In this document: piece after piece, positions 11,917 through 25,372 of the stretch
Layout: the number at the start of each line of letters is the position of its first letter
How positions within the stretch are numbered: the stretch's first letter is position 1
Assembly: GCA_964106645.2 (NCBI GenBank)
Contig: OZ067040.1
Source of the DNA: Podarcis pityusensis
Lineage: Eukaryota
Length of the DNA: 64,000 bases
Reading direction: 5' to 3' (one strand)
Notes under the pieces: model-generated
The model's input: the letters and a program-made list of their open reading frames with translations, nothing else
Database searches by the model: none
What the model was told of the DNA's origin: nothing
Position numbers and translations under genes: made by a program

Positions 11917-14257
11917 CTCTCTGCCTTTGAAGCTGCCTGGGACTTTAGGACAAGCCCTCACATTACCTCACAATCTTGATACTAAAGGAATAAGTCTAAA
12001 TTATAAACTCTGTCGTCACACATTCCAGCCATTCTAGGAATCCAGACAAGTGGCTCAAGCCCTTCTTTAGCATCAGGGCCACCAAAGGACCTGCAGTTCT
12101 CCAAGTGTTGTTGGACTCCCATTCCCATCAGCCTCAGCCAGCATGGGCAATTATCAGGGATGGTGGGAGTCGCAGTTCAACAGCTTCTGGTGGGCCACCT
12201 CTGAGGTGGAAAGATTACTGAGAAGCAACTAGGGACTCAGCTATACAGCTGCAAACAAAACATTTAAATGTGTTGTAAAGTGCAATATACAAATGTGACA
12301 CTAGATGGCAACAGTGAGCTATGCCAAATCCAATGTCTTTTTCATAACTTTTTATAAAAAGCATTTTCAGGTGTGTAGATTCCACCTACGTATATGTGGA
12401 AGGTACCAACTATTATAATGTAGCTGATACAAGACAAGGCAACAATTTTCTTGCTGCTTTTTGCTTTGTCTGAACTAGCCGCCTCCATATTGGAAAATGC
12501 TGGTCCAAAGAGAAATTGGAAATGGAAGAGATAAAGAAAAGCAGCAATATAGGAAAATTTGCAGTAGCAGCAACCTTGGAATTGGGCTTGACAGTTCCAA
12601 GAGGACTTGATTGAAATCCCACTGAGTCTAGCACAAAACCAAAATCTGCTGCTGTCAGAAGAATGGGATTTACACCTTTGCTTTCTTAACATGTGCAACC
12701 TTCTAGCAGCAGATGTTTTAATCTGCCACAAAATTGCTGCAGTTCCACATTCTGTAGTATCTCTGTGTCAGCCTGCAAATGCCATACTCATGACGGTGGT
12801 GTGTTTAGCTGTCTCAAAATTGCCCTTGGTTTTTCTAGGTTCAGTGGGCCCTTCTTATCCCAGATGTGCTGATTGTGCCACAATTGTTAGAATCAGTTGA
12901 TCTAGAACTCCCAGCAGCCCCAGCTGGTAGAGCCAATGGTCAAGGATGATGGGAACTATAGTACTGAAATATCTGGAGGGCCACATTGGGGAAAGCTGAC
13001 CTAGTTGGTTAACCTGTGTCTGGGTTGGCGGACTTTATACCAGAAAGGCCAGTTGATGTCAAGTAGATCGATTCTCACATCTTCTCCATGATATGCCATT
13101 TTTTTGTGCATAGGATCTGCTGTGTGGCTTCCTTTTCTAGCGCCGGATTTAGGGCAGTGTAGGCAGTTCCCCTGCACAGGATGCCAAGCCAAGAGGGTGA
13201 AAAACTGAGAAAATCCATAACTGAGAAGATCCATTCCTTCTCTTTTTATGCCGAATTGTTCCTTACAAGGCCAAATTCCTACCTTAAGTTACAGAAAGCA
13301 AAGTCCAATAATATTAATGCCTCCCTAGTAAAATCCAATTTCCCTCTTGTAGTTTGGCAAAAAATAAATTCTCGTGGCACCTACTGTGCTTTTAAGCACG
13401 GATACAAACTGCAGTAAAAATTTGTCCGAAGCTTAGAAGGGTCACAAAGTGCCTTTGGTCCCCCAAAACTCCCGAATACTTACCTATTTTGATTATTACT
13501 TTGAGACAATGAAAAGTGGCTGCTGCTGTCAGGGAGCTGACAGCCAGTCAAACTCACGCCTGTCTTTCTACCAGCTTCATACCTAATAAGTGTAGTAACA
13601 GCACTCTGTCTGCTTTGATAAAATCAGAGGGGCTTTAAGTTGCTGAAGTATCTGAGCATTTCTGACAATCATCTGGCTCTTGATTTGTTTGCCTGAAGAT
13701 GGCAGATTTCACAAGAGACATGAAAGGTTTCAGAGTGGCTGGAAAGTCACTTTTGATGAAATCATTCCTGGCCCCAGGGGCTGCATTCTTGAGAATTTGG
13801 GCATTTTGAGGATCAGTGTCCTCTGATGATTTTTTGGCAAGTTTACACCAGTGTGGAGAAACCCATCTGGAACAAAGGAGTCGAGTAAACATACACGAAC
13901 GTGAGGAGAACAAAGCTGGCACAGAAGCCACATGGAATTTCATTTAAGGAAGCAAAATAACTTCTCCATTTATGGCCCTGGCGAGAGCACCAGCAAAAAC
14001 AATAAAGCCCAGGGAACATTGCAACATTACTAAAAACCTTCAGACAATGTAATATTCATGTCAGAATTCATGTGCACTCTTATTGTGGGTCTTCCTCAGA
14101 ATGCAGTTCTCTGTACTCCTGTACAATGCAGAAAGACTGGCACTAAAAAGCAGTGCAAATCTGAAACAAACACTCAGCTGATGGGGTGACAACTGGAAGT
14201 CCAGCTCCCTTCCTCACCAGCCTCACCCCCACCCCACCCCTAGTAAGGGATCTCAAT

Positions 14258-14784
14258 TTTGTTGTTGTTTAGTCGTTTAGTCGTGTCTGACTCTTCGTGA
14301 CCCCATGGACCAGAGCACGCCAGGCACTCCTGTCTTCCACTGCCTCCCGCAGTTTGGTCAAACTCATGCTGGTAGCTTCAAGAACACTGTCCAACCATCT
14401 CGTACTCTGTCGTCCCCTTCTCCTTGTGCCCTCCATCTTTCCCAACATCAGGGTCTTTTCCAGGGAGTCTTCTCTTCTCATGAGGTGGCCAAAGTATTGG
14501 AGTCTCAGCTTCAGGATCTGTCCTTCCAGTGAGCACTCAGGGCTGATTTCTTTCCGAATGGATAGGTTTGATCTTCTTGCAGTCCATGGGACTCTCAAGA
14601 ATCTCCTCCAGCACCATAATTCAAAAGCATCAATTCTTCGGCCTTCTTTTATGGTCCAGCTCTCACTTCCATACATCACTACTGGGAAAACCATAGCTTT
14701 AACTATACGGACCTTTTTGGCAAGGTGATGTCTCTGCTTTTTAAGATGCTGTCAAGGTTTGTCATTGCTTTTCTCCCAAGAAGC
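14258..14784 (-). mobile_element. RTE-BovB LINE, 5'-truncated 3' end
   Basis: ORF MVFPVVMYGSESWT...DAFELWCWRR...RVPWTARRSN...LQYFGHLMRREDSLEKTLMLGK...HGVTKSQTRLND is the BovB C-terminus. (CAA)n tail. Perfect 12-bp TSD AGGGATCTCAAT at 14246-14257 and 14785-14796. Confidence 0.95.
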
Positions 14785-16352
14785 AGGGATCTCAATACCG
14801 ATAGTTAAAATCAAGAAGATAAAAGCCCTATTCTCAATACTAAGGCGTTTAGGCAAGTTGCCATATTGTTACAGAAGAGGTGAACAGTTTTAGAGACAGA
14901 ACTTAGCTTGGTTTGGTTCCCCTTGGAAGATCACTGGAGAAGCACAGTTTTGCAATTGTTAAAGTTATTGGTGGAGAACATGCTTTCCATGTGCTTCTAT
15001 GGCTGAGCTGAGTCTGGAAGTCAGGGAACTCAGAATCAAAACCCAGCAGAACTCTCCATTTTGTTTTACAATTTGGGGATTACACACCTCTTGCCTCTTC
15101 CTGCTGGCGCTCTCCTCCACCCCACCCCACCCCCACCGGACATGCATGTGCCAACAAGGATTTTGCCTCATGCATGACCGCCTTCTTAAGATACACATCA
15201 GTTTCTTATTAAAGGGCATTGCATCATTTAAATGTCAGAGGCCATATCATGCCACTCTTTTTTTCTTCTTCTTCAACTGAATCCTGGCAGCCCTCAAGGG
15301 AAACAAATGCATCAGAGTAAGGCCTCAGAACAGAGTTGTCAGTGGAGCTCAGCCCACTGGAAAACCAAGCTGAGAACCACAGAACACAAGGGGCACTTGT
15401 TTGCCCAGAGCCCAGCACATCAGTTTCACTGTTTCTGGACCTTGGGAGCCCTGTGTTCGCTTTGCCACATTTCCCCCAGTGCCGCAGTGAAGACAGCATT
15501 CAGCGTGGTTCAAAATAGTAAAAGCTGAGGTATTCCAGTTTCTTCATGTAAAAACACTCAGCTGCCTCTCAGCCATTAAATGAATGAACAGCAAAGACTG
15601 TCCACATAAACATCCAGCCAAAAGAAACCTCGGAGGCCGTGCGGAGGCTACTGCTTCATACAATCTGGGTCATGTTTCCCAAATGCAAATATTACCCTTG
15701 GCACAAGCCAGCCTTTACTTCATGAGTTATGTGGCATTTTCTTGTTGCTATATTTGAGTTGGTGCAAGAAAAAGAAAAAGAAAAAGAGGCATAAATAGTT
15801 TTGGATTTTCTCTGAGCTATCAGAAAAAGCCCGGACACAGCTTGTCCTGCAGAGAACTCCATGTTCTTTAAAGGTCCTAGCATTTCCATTACAGCTGCCC
15901 GGTCTTCAAAGAAAATCACACATCAGCTGAAAAAAACACATTCAAGATTGAACATCCCATTGGAGAATGACTTTCTTAATTCCTTTACAAGGGCATCAGC
16001 CCTTTGGATCCAGACTAGAATGTTTCATCAAGGGTTTTTTAAAATGTCTCTATCAAAAAGAAAAGAGATTCATACAACTCATCCTTTAGTCACACAGTTA
16101 TTTCACATCTGTTGCCCTGCAATAACATCCACATGTCCAATGGCAGGGATGGAGAGCCTGTGGCCCTCCAGATGTTGTTGAACTGATGGGAGTTTCTGTC
16201 CATCATTCTCTGGAGAGGCCCAGATTCCCCACCCCTGCCATTTGGAAATACCAACATCTCTGTGTCACGATCTCTCAGCCACATGGTACCTTCAAAACAT
16301 TTTTGCACAGTTTTTCATAGCAGTTAGGGACAGCTTCTTTAACTTACAGCTT

Positions 16353-16568
16353 CACAATTCAAGAAGGATATTGACAAACTGGAATGTGTGCAGGGGAAGG
16401 CAACCAAGATGATTAAGGGTCTGGAAACCAAGCCTTATGAGGAATGGTTGAAGGAACTGGGTATGTTTAGCCTGGAAAAGAGGAGACTGAGAGGAGATAT
16501 GATAGCCACCTTCAAATATCTCAATGGTTGTCACATGGAAGATGGAGCAAGCTTGTTCCTCCTGCTCT
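16353..16568 (+). mobile_element. CR1 LINE ORF2 C-terminal fragment
   Basis: Encodes ...[44 protein letters not shown], a classic CR1 motif. Confidence 0.9.
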
Positions 16569-18319
16569 GGTTTCCCCAGTCACATTTGGCTCTAAGATCA
16601 AAACTGTTAACATAAACGTTGGTCCCGCCAGCAACTTGATCTCAAACAGTGGACCCTTTGGTAGAGATTCTTGTTGCGCCTCTTGTCCAACGTTTTGGCA
16701 CAGGTATGCTCAATAAATGCCATGCCGATGCTGTGGTGACTATTCTAGAAATGTCAACAGGAGCACCACCCTATCTGTCTCCTTTTCAGTGCAATGCAAC
16801 CATTGCAAGCGACCAGCGCCGCAATGGCTGAAGGTAGGATGGGAAGTGCTTGAGGGCAGGAGGAGGGAGGTTTAATATTTCTTCCCACTAGGAAATAGTG
16901 GCAGGGGTGGTGGTTTCTTTTATCAGATATATTATGCTGTTTAGTGTTTTATGAGCCATCCTTCTGCAAACGGCTTCTACAAATGTGCTCCAAGGGGAAC
17001 TAGAGCCTTGGATGAGCGCCATCTCATGTGGCTTGCCGAAGATTAAAATCTAAATGGACAAAATAAATACAGTCTCCAGCTCTCCTTATTGCGTATGAAT
17101 GAACAGTCTCATTCAGGGTTTTTTTTTTAATGCAATGCCCCCCCCCCCCAATCCATGCCAGAGAAGTTAAATGGAGAGAACGACTGCTTCCATTCTTATT
17201 TTCCTAAATGCACTGCGTATTTAGAGTGGAAGTCTGATGTCTATACAAAACCTTTAGGGTGAAATAATTGCTTTAAGATGAGGACAGATCTTATTGACAA
17301 GTATCTTTATAAGAGCACTTGGTTGAGGGAAGGCACAGCACTTTGGCAGAATGAATGTATGGGAAGATGGCGTTTTCAAAGCACCTTAGGGGAACAGGCT
17401 CCTGCTTTGTAAGACCAATAAGGGATAAACAAAGAGAGTAAGATCTATGGGTGTAGAGCAGGTGCAGGGAAGCTTTGGCTCTCTGCTTGTTGCTGAACTG
17501 CAGCTCCCATCATCCCAGACCCATTGGCCCAATGGGTCATCCCAGACCCATTGGCTATAATCTCAGGGACTCTACAGTCATGCTGTATACTGAGCATGGA
17601 TGAGCAGCCAGTGGCTTTCCAGATGATGTTGGACTCCAACATAGCCAATGGCCCAATAGTATGAGAGTTGTAGTCCAACATCTGGAAGACTACAGCCTCC
17701 CCGATTCTGCTCTAGGGTAACTAACATGGAACAGCCAGGCATCTGTTAAATCAGCAGCATGAGAAGGGACATCTGAATGCTGAGAGGATTCAGGCTCAGC
17801 GGATCAACAAGTGTGGAGGAAAGAGCCCAGTAAGGAGATGACCAGCGGCTAGATTCTGGGAACAGAAGATGGTGGAATGGTTGTGATGGGACAATCAAAC
17901 CTGGATTCAAGGATCTGGTTACAAAGTAATACATAAGTGATAAAAATTTGGGCTTCATTTCCTTCACTGTATTGGAAGTCCGTTTTTTGGCATTTTGGGC
18001 AATATCTAGCTACTTCCGAAGTATACCTATTATGGACAACTGAAAGGCATTCTGTAAGCAGGACATGTTGGTTTGACTCATATGTAGTCCATCACACAAG
18101 CAAAGCGTAAGCGATTTTCTACTACCATAATTGTCCACCAAAATCTAGCATATGGTTTATTACACACAGCACTTCTGTCCAGCATGGCAATGGGGGATGA
18201 CAAATATTTGAAAACTCCAGATGTGGAACTAGGGTGGCCGCTTTTGCATTGCCAAGAAAGAGGAAAAGCATCAATGAAAAAGAGGGCATGGATTTGTATA
18301 AATTTTGGGCATGCTAATT

Positions 18320-18358
18320 CACGAAGAGTCGGACACGACTAAATGACTGAACAACAAA
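18320..18358 (+). mobile_element. Extreme 3' tip of BovB
   Basis: CACGAAGAGTCGGACACGACTAAATGACTGAACAACAA matches the reverse complement of 14260-14300. Confidence 0.75.
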
Positions 18359-19554
18359 GTTAATACGTGCATATTTAGAAATAGAGAGTGGGGTTTAAAT
18401 AGAAACAGGGTACCTAGTGGGCAAGACTATCAGCAAGAGACCTGTGTGTCTCCTCAGCCTGCTCTCTGGGTGCTCATTGTTGATGCGCAACTTCTAGGCC
18501 TCCCCACTCTTATGTTTGCTTATCTTTAAACCAAACTTCAGTTGGGCAAGTACGGAGGACATATGAAAAGCATGCAAAGCGAGACATGTGGCCAACCTGT
18601 GTGGAACAAAGTCATCATCCATACAACCCTCACCCCATTTCCGTGAGCTAATAGAGATCCACTTCTTACATCCCCAGTCTTCCAGCTGTTACCCATTTGG
18701 AACTGTTTACATTTTTACAGCACTGAACTTGTACTAAGAGGCTGGCTTCTGGCCATCATGAACGGTTGCCAAATGATCTAAACTGTTTCTTTAAAGTCAG
18801 TAAACAGAGGTATTAGCATGCTATATAAAAGAGCAGGCACAGACTGGGATGCATCAGACTTCAAAATGGTTTTGGTGAACAGATTGAAGATGGGAGAATT
18901 CGCATGGCCTTCTTTTGTCCAATCAGCTGATGCCCCCCCCCCCCCGCTGCCACTTTACAGTGGAGCAAACGTGCATCCTGATCTCCTGTTCAAGGCACAG
19001 GATGGATAAGCATGCCTTGCACAAAACCCAAATGCCACCTTCAAAATGCTGCAAAAGGTTTCAGGGCAGCAGCAGAAGCAGCCACCTGCATTGATTCATC
19101 TTATTTTTGTATATAAAGAGCATCAAAGTGTGATTTAATGAGTAAAAGCACATGGAGCCACAGATCAGGATTCTTTAATCCAGCCAGAAGGATCTGCCAA
19201 GTATGTACACTGTCCCTCCCCAGTCAGAAATTATTAAGAACTTTAGGTGATGGCAGTCATCTGCCCCCTGCAGATGACTGCCATCACCTCAAGAAATATA
19301 TTTCATTAACTGTTCTTTGATCCTGCAAGCCATTGGCCATGTGGCATAATGAGGAGAGACACATGGTGCTCAAATCCAAGCTCTGCCACAATTCCACTGT
19401 CTTCTTTTCTCCATCTGGCCACAGTTATCCATGCTCTGGTAACATCCTGTCTGGCTTAATGCAACGTGTTATACATAGAGCCGCCTTTGAAAAGGGGTTC
19501 AGAGGCTTTAGATAGCCCGCAATGCAGCAGCCAAAGTCTCTGCTCTCTCTCCTT

Positions 19555-19850
19555 GTGTATCTCACCTGTTTTGACAGAACTTCACTGGCCGTCTACTTGC
19601 TTCTGGGTCCAATTCAAAGTGCTGGTACTTACCTTTAAAGCACCAGATTACTTGAAGGATTGCCTCCTCCCATATCAGTCTGTCTGCACACTAAAATCAT
19701 TGACTGATGCCCTTCTCCAAACATGATCTCTTTTGGAAAGGTGACGCTTGTATCTCCAGGGAACAGGGCTGTTTTGGTAGTGGCACCTCAGCTACTGAAT
19801 ACCTCTCCCAGTAAGGTATGTCTTGGCACCAGCTGTTCTCTAGGTGCCAG
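19555..19850 (+). mobile_element. Degraded L2-clade LINE 3' fragment
   Basis: Encodes SPVLTELHWP...VQFKVLVLTFKA. Similar fragments at about 20200-20740 (ending in (AACC)n), 36060-36402, 55655-56250 and 58280-58415 (-). Confidence 0.7.
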
Positions 19851-20843
19851 GCAAAACAATGAAAAATGACAATTCATTTTAAATACCTTAAATATGTTAA
19901 ACTCCTAAAGCCCGCTTGCTACATTTGTTTCTTGCTATTTGACTTGCTTTTAATTTCATTTTTGTAGTGAAACCATTGTCTAAAATCGGTTTTTGATAAA
20001 TAAATGAAAATAGGCAACATGGAAGTATTAGAGACCTGCAAAACAAGGTTGTTGGAAGATGGTCCCAGCACTGACCAAGACCGTATGGCAGATTATTTGG
20101 AAAGGAAACCTTTGCCACAAAGGAGTGTGTGATGGACCCAACTGCTGTGACTCTTTGGCTAACGGGAAGAGTGGCAGCCACAGAGTTCATAACACAGCAC
20201 ACGTACCATAACAAAGAGCTGAGTGGGGCCTGTGATGGACACCTCTGAGGTTAAGGCCTTCTCCTGTAGCTGTCCAGTTTTTTAAGATATTCATCGGAGG
20301 TCTTTCTCTGGGTGCCTCAGCCTTCCAAATATCAGGCATGTGGCAAGCAGAGAAAAGGCCCTTTCTGTGTTGCTGCCACATCTGGAATGCCCTCCCCAGG
20401 ATGGAACCTACATTTGTGTCATTTAAATGCCCACTTAAGGCTTTTGTGGTCTCCAGGACTATGGATGGGTTGCTGCGACCTGTTTTTTAAAATATTTTTT
20501 ACCATTTCTGTGTTGACTGTACCATTAATCTCTGCTGCTGTGTCTAACAGGAACAGCTGCTTCATTTAGATTCTGTTTACATTTTGTTTGGTTATAATAT
20601 TTTGCTCTTAGGGTTATTTTATCGTGTTATGTTTTCAGTGTATCGTTATTACTTTATTTGTGATGAGCAGTTTTGTAATCAGAAAAATCACGCATATGCT
20701 TAACAACCAACCAACCAACCAACCAACCAACCAACCAACAATAAACAAGTCCCATATCCTTGACATTCATTATTGGACTTGGCCTAGTCATTAGCCTCAT
20801 TTGGACAAGCAAATCTCAGTTTAATAAGCAGTTATATATATTA

Positions 20844-20993
20844 CCATAGCTCAAGGGTAGGGCATCTGCTTTGCCTGCAGGGTGCCAGGTTAAATCCTGG
20901 CATCTCCAGGAAGATTAAAATGTCCCATGTCTGAAACCCTGGAGAGCTGCTGCCAGCCAGTGTCTGACTCTGTAAAAGGCAGTTGCCTGTGTT
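20844..20993 (+). mobile_element. tRNA-derived SINE
   Basis: CCATAGCTCAAGGGTAG (A box) ... GGTTAAATCC (B box) ... CTGAAACCCTGGAGAGCTGCTGCCAG. Relatives at 5495-5602 (-) and 8500-8572 (-). Confidence 0.75.
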
Positions 20994-21034
20994 GCTCCCA
21001 TATGCAGCCACTTAGTCCTGCAAGCAAGAAAACA

Positions 21035-21225
21035 AGTCAGGAAGCCACAGCTAACCATAGGTTTCCATTATGTTGAACTGGGAAGCTATGGTTAATGGCT
21101 TTCAAACAAGCCAGTGTATAAAGACATAGTTTAAAATCTGGCTTCTGTGTCATGTTTGGAAGCCATTAGCCATAGTTCCTGATTTGGATATAGCAGGATG
21201 TGATGGCTAATTGTGGCTTCCCATC
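21035..21225. repeat. Degenerate long inverted repeat (old palindromic MITE-like element)
   Basis: GGAAGCCACAGCTAACCA pairs with TGGCTAATTGTGGCTTCC. CTATGGTTAATGGCTTTCAAACA pairs with TGTTTGGAAGCCATTAGCCATAG. Confidence 0.65.
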
Positions 21226-22475
21226 TCACATTTACCCACTCATGTGAAGGAACAAAGTAGGCATGTGTGGATATGTGAAGCTAATTTATATCTGTTTATT
21301 AAGCTGAGATTAGATCATCGTGAAAGGCCAGCAAAAAGGATAGATATTTCTTATTTTTAATGCCAGATAAAGGCGTATGTGGTGTTCTACCTCAGGTGCG
21401 CAGGGATGTCTGAGTGTGACATTTGCTTCTCTGTCTCAGGTATCGTAATGTCTTAGGCTGTAAATATTAACAAAGTTCTGGCTTCAGTTGTCCTTTCTTA
21501 TTCCAGCAAACTCCCTGGGCACTGGCAACTCAATGCCATGTGAAGCAATTTACCCAGAATAGAGTTTGGTCACATTTTCCCACATCCAGACCAAAAATAG
21601 ACCCGTCCCAACCGGGAAAGTCACAAAACTTGTTTGTTTTGCCTCGCGACCAGAATGTAAAACCGTATCGTCAATTCCATTCCCCACACCTCCACTTTTT
21701 CTTTTTTCAGTTTTAGGCTTGATCAACGTTACCGCACCCCGGAGCACAGAAGTGAGCAATGGGCATTGCCAAATCAAATTTCTATTTCAGAACATTTAGA
21801 AGGGTAGTCAATTAATTAAATGTTTGAATCATTGTGTTAAAAAAAAAAAAGAGTCAGATTACAATAATGAATAGCTCTACTTTAATGAATGGTAGATAAT
21901 ACAGAAAAGAGAACATAATAAATTGAAAGAAATGACAACAACCAAGTGTGTTGTTTGTTCAGAATGTAACACTGCTCTCTTTGCCTGGAATTTGCTTGGA
22001 TGGGCCACATGTAGAAGCCTCATCTTTCCAATGTTTATTTTCACTACCAAGTATCACCACCACTCCTCTCTCTAAAATAAAGGCCCCTTATAGCAAGAAG
22101 TGGCTCACAGTTGGAAATGGGACTTGTATTCCTGAAGGGCTAGTGCCTTGCAGAGGTGCAATGTTTATTTTCCATAGGGAGAAAGCTTTCGCCCACCCCC
22201 ACAGACGCCCATCTGGGCAAGGCCCTGTGTAAGCAAAAGGAGCAAGAAAGCATGTCCTTCAGCAATTGCGCCCTTGGCAAAAGTTACATGTCAGAACCTG
22301 GTGACTCAAAAGCTGTGGCCTGCTGCAGCTTTGAAATGGTTTCTTGCACAGATCTGCTTAACATTCTGGTCGTCTGTGAGGTATTATGAAGACATGGTAC
22401 AGAAGGAAGTTCTACAGAAATCAACGGGGCTTACTCCCATGTAAGTGGGTATAGGCTTGCTGCCTAACACCATGC

Positions 22476-22974
22476 TGTGGTGATCACACAGGGTCCCCGG
22501 ACGTTTGACAGTCTATTGATCCCTGTGCCACCACTGTGATTGCTTCCTCGCTGCCACCAACCCGTTTCTCTCGGGTACACACGGAGTCCAGACAGTTGTT
22601 AATATTAAACCAAATAAACAAGTTTATTTTATAAGCATTAACAAGTTTATGGTTTCAGATAATTTTTCTTGTCAGTTTCTTAATCTTAATTTCTTTACCG
22701 GCCAATACCTTCCTAATAACTTCTAACTGATTATCCCAACTGTCTATCTGACTCCTCTTAACAGATTCTCTCACTCTCTCACATCAAACTATCCTAACCC
22801 ACAGACTTATTTATCCTCCCTCTCTCTTCTCTAACAACCCGACTGACTCCTTAACAACACTAAATCTAACTCTAACTCCTCCCCTTGGGTTCCCACTTGC
22901 CAATCACTTCACACTCATTTAACCCTTTCCTTATGACCCAGCATGATGTCACATGTCACACCCAGGATGCCACA
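22476..22974. mobile_element. Solo LTR (LTR retrotransposon or ERV)
   Basis: 499 bp with TGTGG...CCACA termini and a perfect 5-bp TSD CATGC (22471-22475, 22975-22979). AATAAA-type signals near 22613-22628. Strongly strand-skewed C/T-rich interior. Confidence 0.8.
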
Positions 22975-23881
22975 CATGCACTCATGCATTCACTTGCAGT
23001 CCCAGAGATCTTCCAAATCCCTATCCTTACTTCCTGCCCTACATCTTTGAGCATTGGAAATCAAGGATTTATACAACGGTGGCTGTGCACTAGTGAAATG
23101 CGCAGGCACATATCCTCCAACATTTCTCCAATGAAAATAGGGACATCCTAGGCACCAAATTGTCCTCGGTCCTGTCTACCTACTGCAAGTCCTCTATGCC
23201 TTCTTATCCAGAGGGTCCCCCAACCCGCAGGAACCACCTTTTAGGTGAGACAGAGGCTGCAGTGATTAAGAGGGATCAGTGGACACTGGGTGCTCTCTCT
23301 CGTACAAGCAGAAGTGCTTCACATTAAGGAAAATCCAGGATTGGATGAAACCCTATGAAAGTAGATGGGAGGAATAGCCAGGGAGATCTGCAATCAAAGG
23401 CAAGGAAGGTTAGCTCCTTGCTTTCTCGGTGTTACAGCGCCATTGTTCTTCCATATTTTTTAATACATATATATATATATATATATATACACATTTTTTA
23501 TAAGCAGACCTCCATGCATCAAGGACCATCTACACTGAGCTGGCAGGGAAATGATGTGTTATAAACATGAATTAAAGTGACCATTAAATTTCCTCTTCAA
23601 TAGGAGTTCATTTTAAGCTTGTCTTTGCTTATGAATTATTTACAAAGAATGCTGTTTAAACTTTTGCTCTGTATGCTTTCTCATAACCTAAGGCAGATTG
23701 CCTAATGCAATTTCTATCCTGTTCCTCTTTTTTAAAAAGCTGACCTTAAGATGGCTGCTAATTATTATTGTGGAAGGAAGCAAGAGGGACATCAAATTTC
23801 CAGGACAGGCACATATCCCTAATCTGATTTTTACCTATAATCAAATAACCTATGATCAATTCTGAAATATATGTTATGCTT

Positions 23882-23882
23882 A

Positions 23883-23918
<36 letters not shown>
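23882..23918. repeat. (ATT)n microsatellite. Others: (AACC)n 20704-20738, (TA)n 23468-23489, (GT)n 34946-34972, (GA)n 40382-40409 and 56531-56565
   Basis: Direct inspection. Confidence 0.95.
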
Positions 23919-23920
<2 letters not shown>

Positions 23921-25320
23921 CATTTATTACATGCCCTTTCCCTAATGTAATAGGGTGAATTACAACAATTAAAACTCAACATTGAATTGTTTCTGCCCTG
24001 TCCCCCTTTCTACAGACACCCATTAAAGTCCTCAGGGTGCATCACTGTATTGACACTTAATTTCATCTGTCCTTTTGGAAGACCATGAAGTTGAACTGGG
24101 TCATCGTGGGACAGTCAGTTCATTCAGCTAGCATCACTATTGATATTTGAAAGTGATAAGAAGTTGCCATAGAAAGATAAGTTAACCCAAATCCAGCACC
24201 TGCAGGCACCATGGACCCATGAAGACTGAGCTCTCATTTTGAAAAAGTAAGTCTCTAGCCCTCCTAGGATGTTATGAGGTAAAGTGTGGAGGTACCTAGT
24301 GATTCATGTGAAATGAGCGTGGTGTGGTTGCTTTGTCTATTGTTCCTGGTACTGAGGAATGCTCCATGATGGTCATAGACACCAATAGGATTAGTCAGAG
24401 TGTATATGTGAGAGACCTTCATAATGAGGACCAGCTGGACACAGATGATTTCCCACTGTAAGCAAACGGTCACTTGGGGTGGTAGTCTCTCTCATTTTGG
24501 GTTCTGTCCTGCTCCCTATGGCAGCCATTTTGTGTTACGCCACACTCTGCAGCAGCCATCTTGTGTTATGTGTGCCCCCAGGACTATCAAAATTCAAAAC
24601 ATGATCATTATCCAAGAAGGCTGGTGATCCTCGAGTTAACCTTTATGATTGCTGCAAAACAATTAATTTGCAGGTCAACTTGAAAGAAGCATATGGGGTT
24701 GACCTTGACTTCAGAGAACAGTAGTATTGTTTCATTGCCTTTAAAAGCAAAGGAAGACAGACTGCTGGCACCACCAGACAAGCAAGGAAAGGCTTATTGA
24801 GTTAATAAGGCATAGCATGCTTGGGACTATGTGATTATGCATTGGGTTGTACTCAGTGTCGGAATAGGGGGGTCGAAAAGCCAGCTGGCTCGGCCCCAGC
24901 TGGAGTGTCTCCCCTCAGCCTTGCCGCTGAGGCGATCCATAGACCTCTGCTCCGACATGCATCAGTGACTCAAGCTTGCAGACTTGAGCACACTATACTC
25001 AGCAGTGTAAGCTGTGCAACAGAAGAGGCTTGAGGCTGTAGACACATACTAAACTACGCATTTATTATACATAAATCAGGACAAAGAAAACATGGCATCT
25101 CTCCTTGCCGTCTTCTTGGAGAGACTGAAAAGCAAAAGCAATATAGAGTGGAAGTTCCGCTCACGCCGGCAATCAGTGCTGGAACGTAAACAGACATGTG
25201 ACATGGAACAATCCCATATTTGCAGCAAAGGGTGGAATGGAATTCCCAACACTCAGTGCTATTTTTCTTGAAAAATAGGTACCAGAACTCACCATAAATG
25301 CCTCCCTTCTCAATATCACC

Positions 25321-25372
25321 CACCTGAGAGGTGCCGGAACTGAGTTCCAGTGAGTTCTGGCTGAAAAAAGCC
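25321..25372 (-). repeat. Dispersed repeat end shared with 31531-31586 (+)
   Basis: Both read G(G)CTTTTTTCAGCYRGAACTCACYRGAACTCAGTTCYGGCACCTCTCAGGTG. Probably an end of a non-autonomous DNA element; family not identified. Confidence 0.7.

Noticed and set aside
14297-14728. 143-aa + strand ORF (and similar ORFs at 30553-30838)
   Set aside because: Antisense frames of BovB sequence.
24856-24995. Short TGTCGGA...TCCGACA inverted repeat plus adjacent hairpin as an ncRNA or miRNA
   Set aside because: Stems are short and could be chance or a decayed repeat; no recognisable RNA family features.
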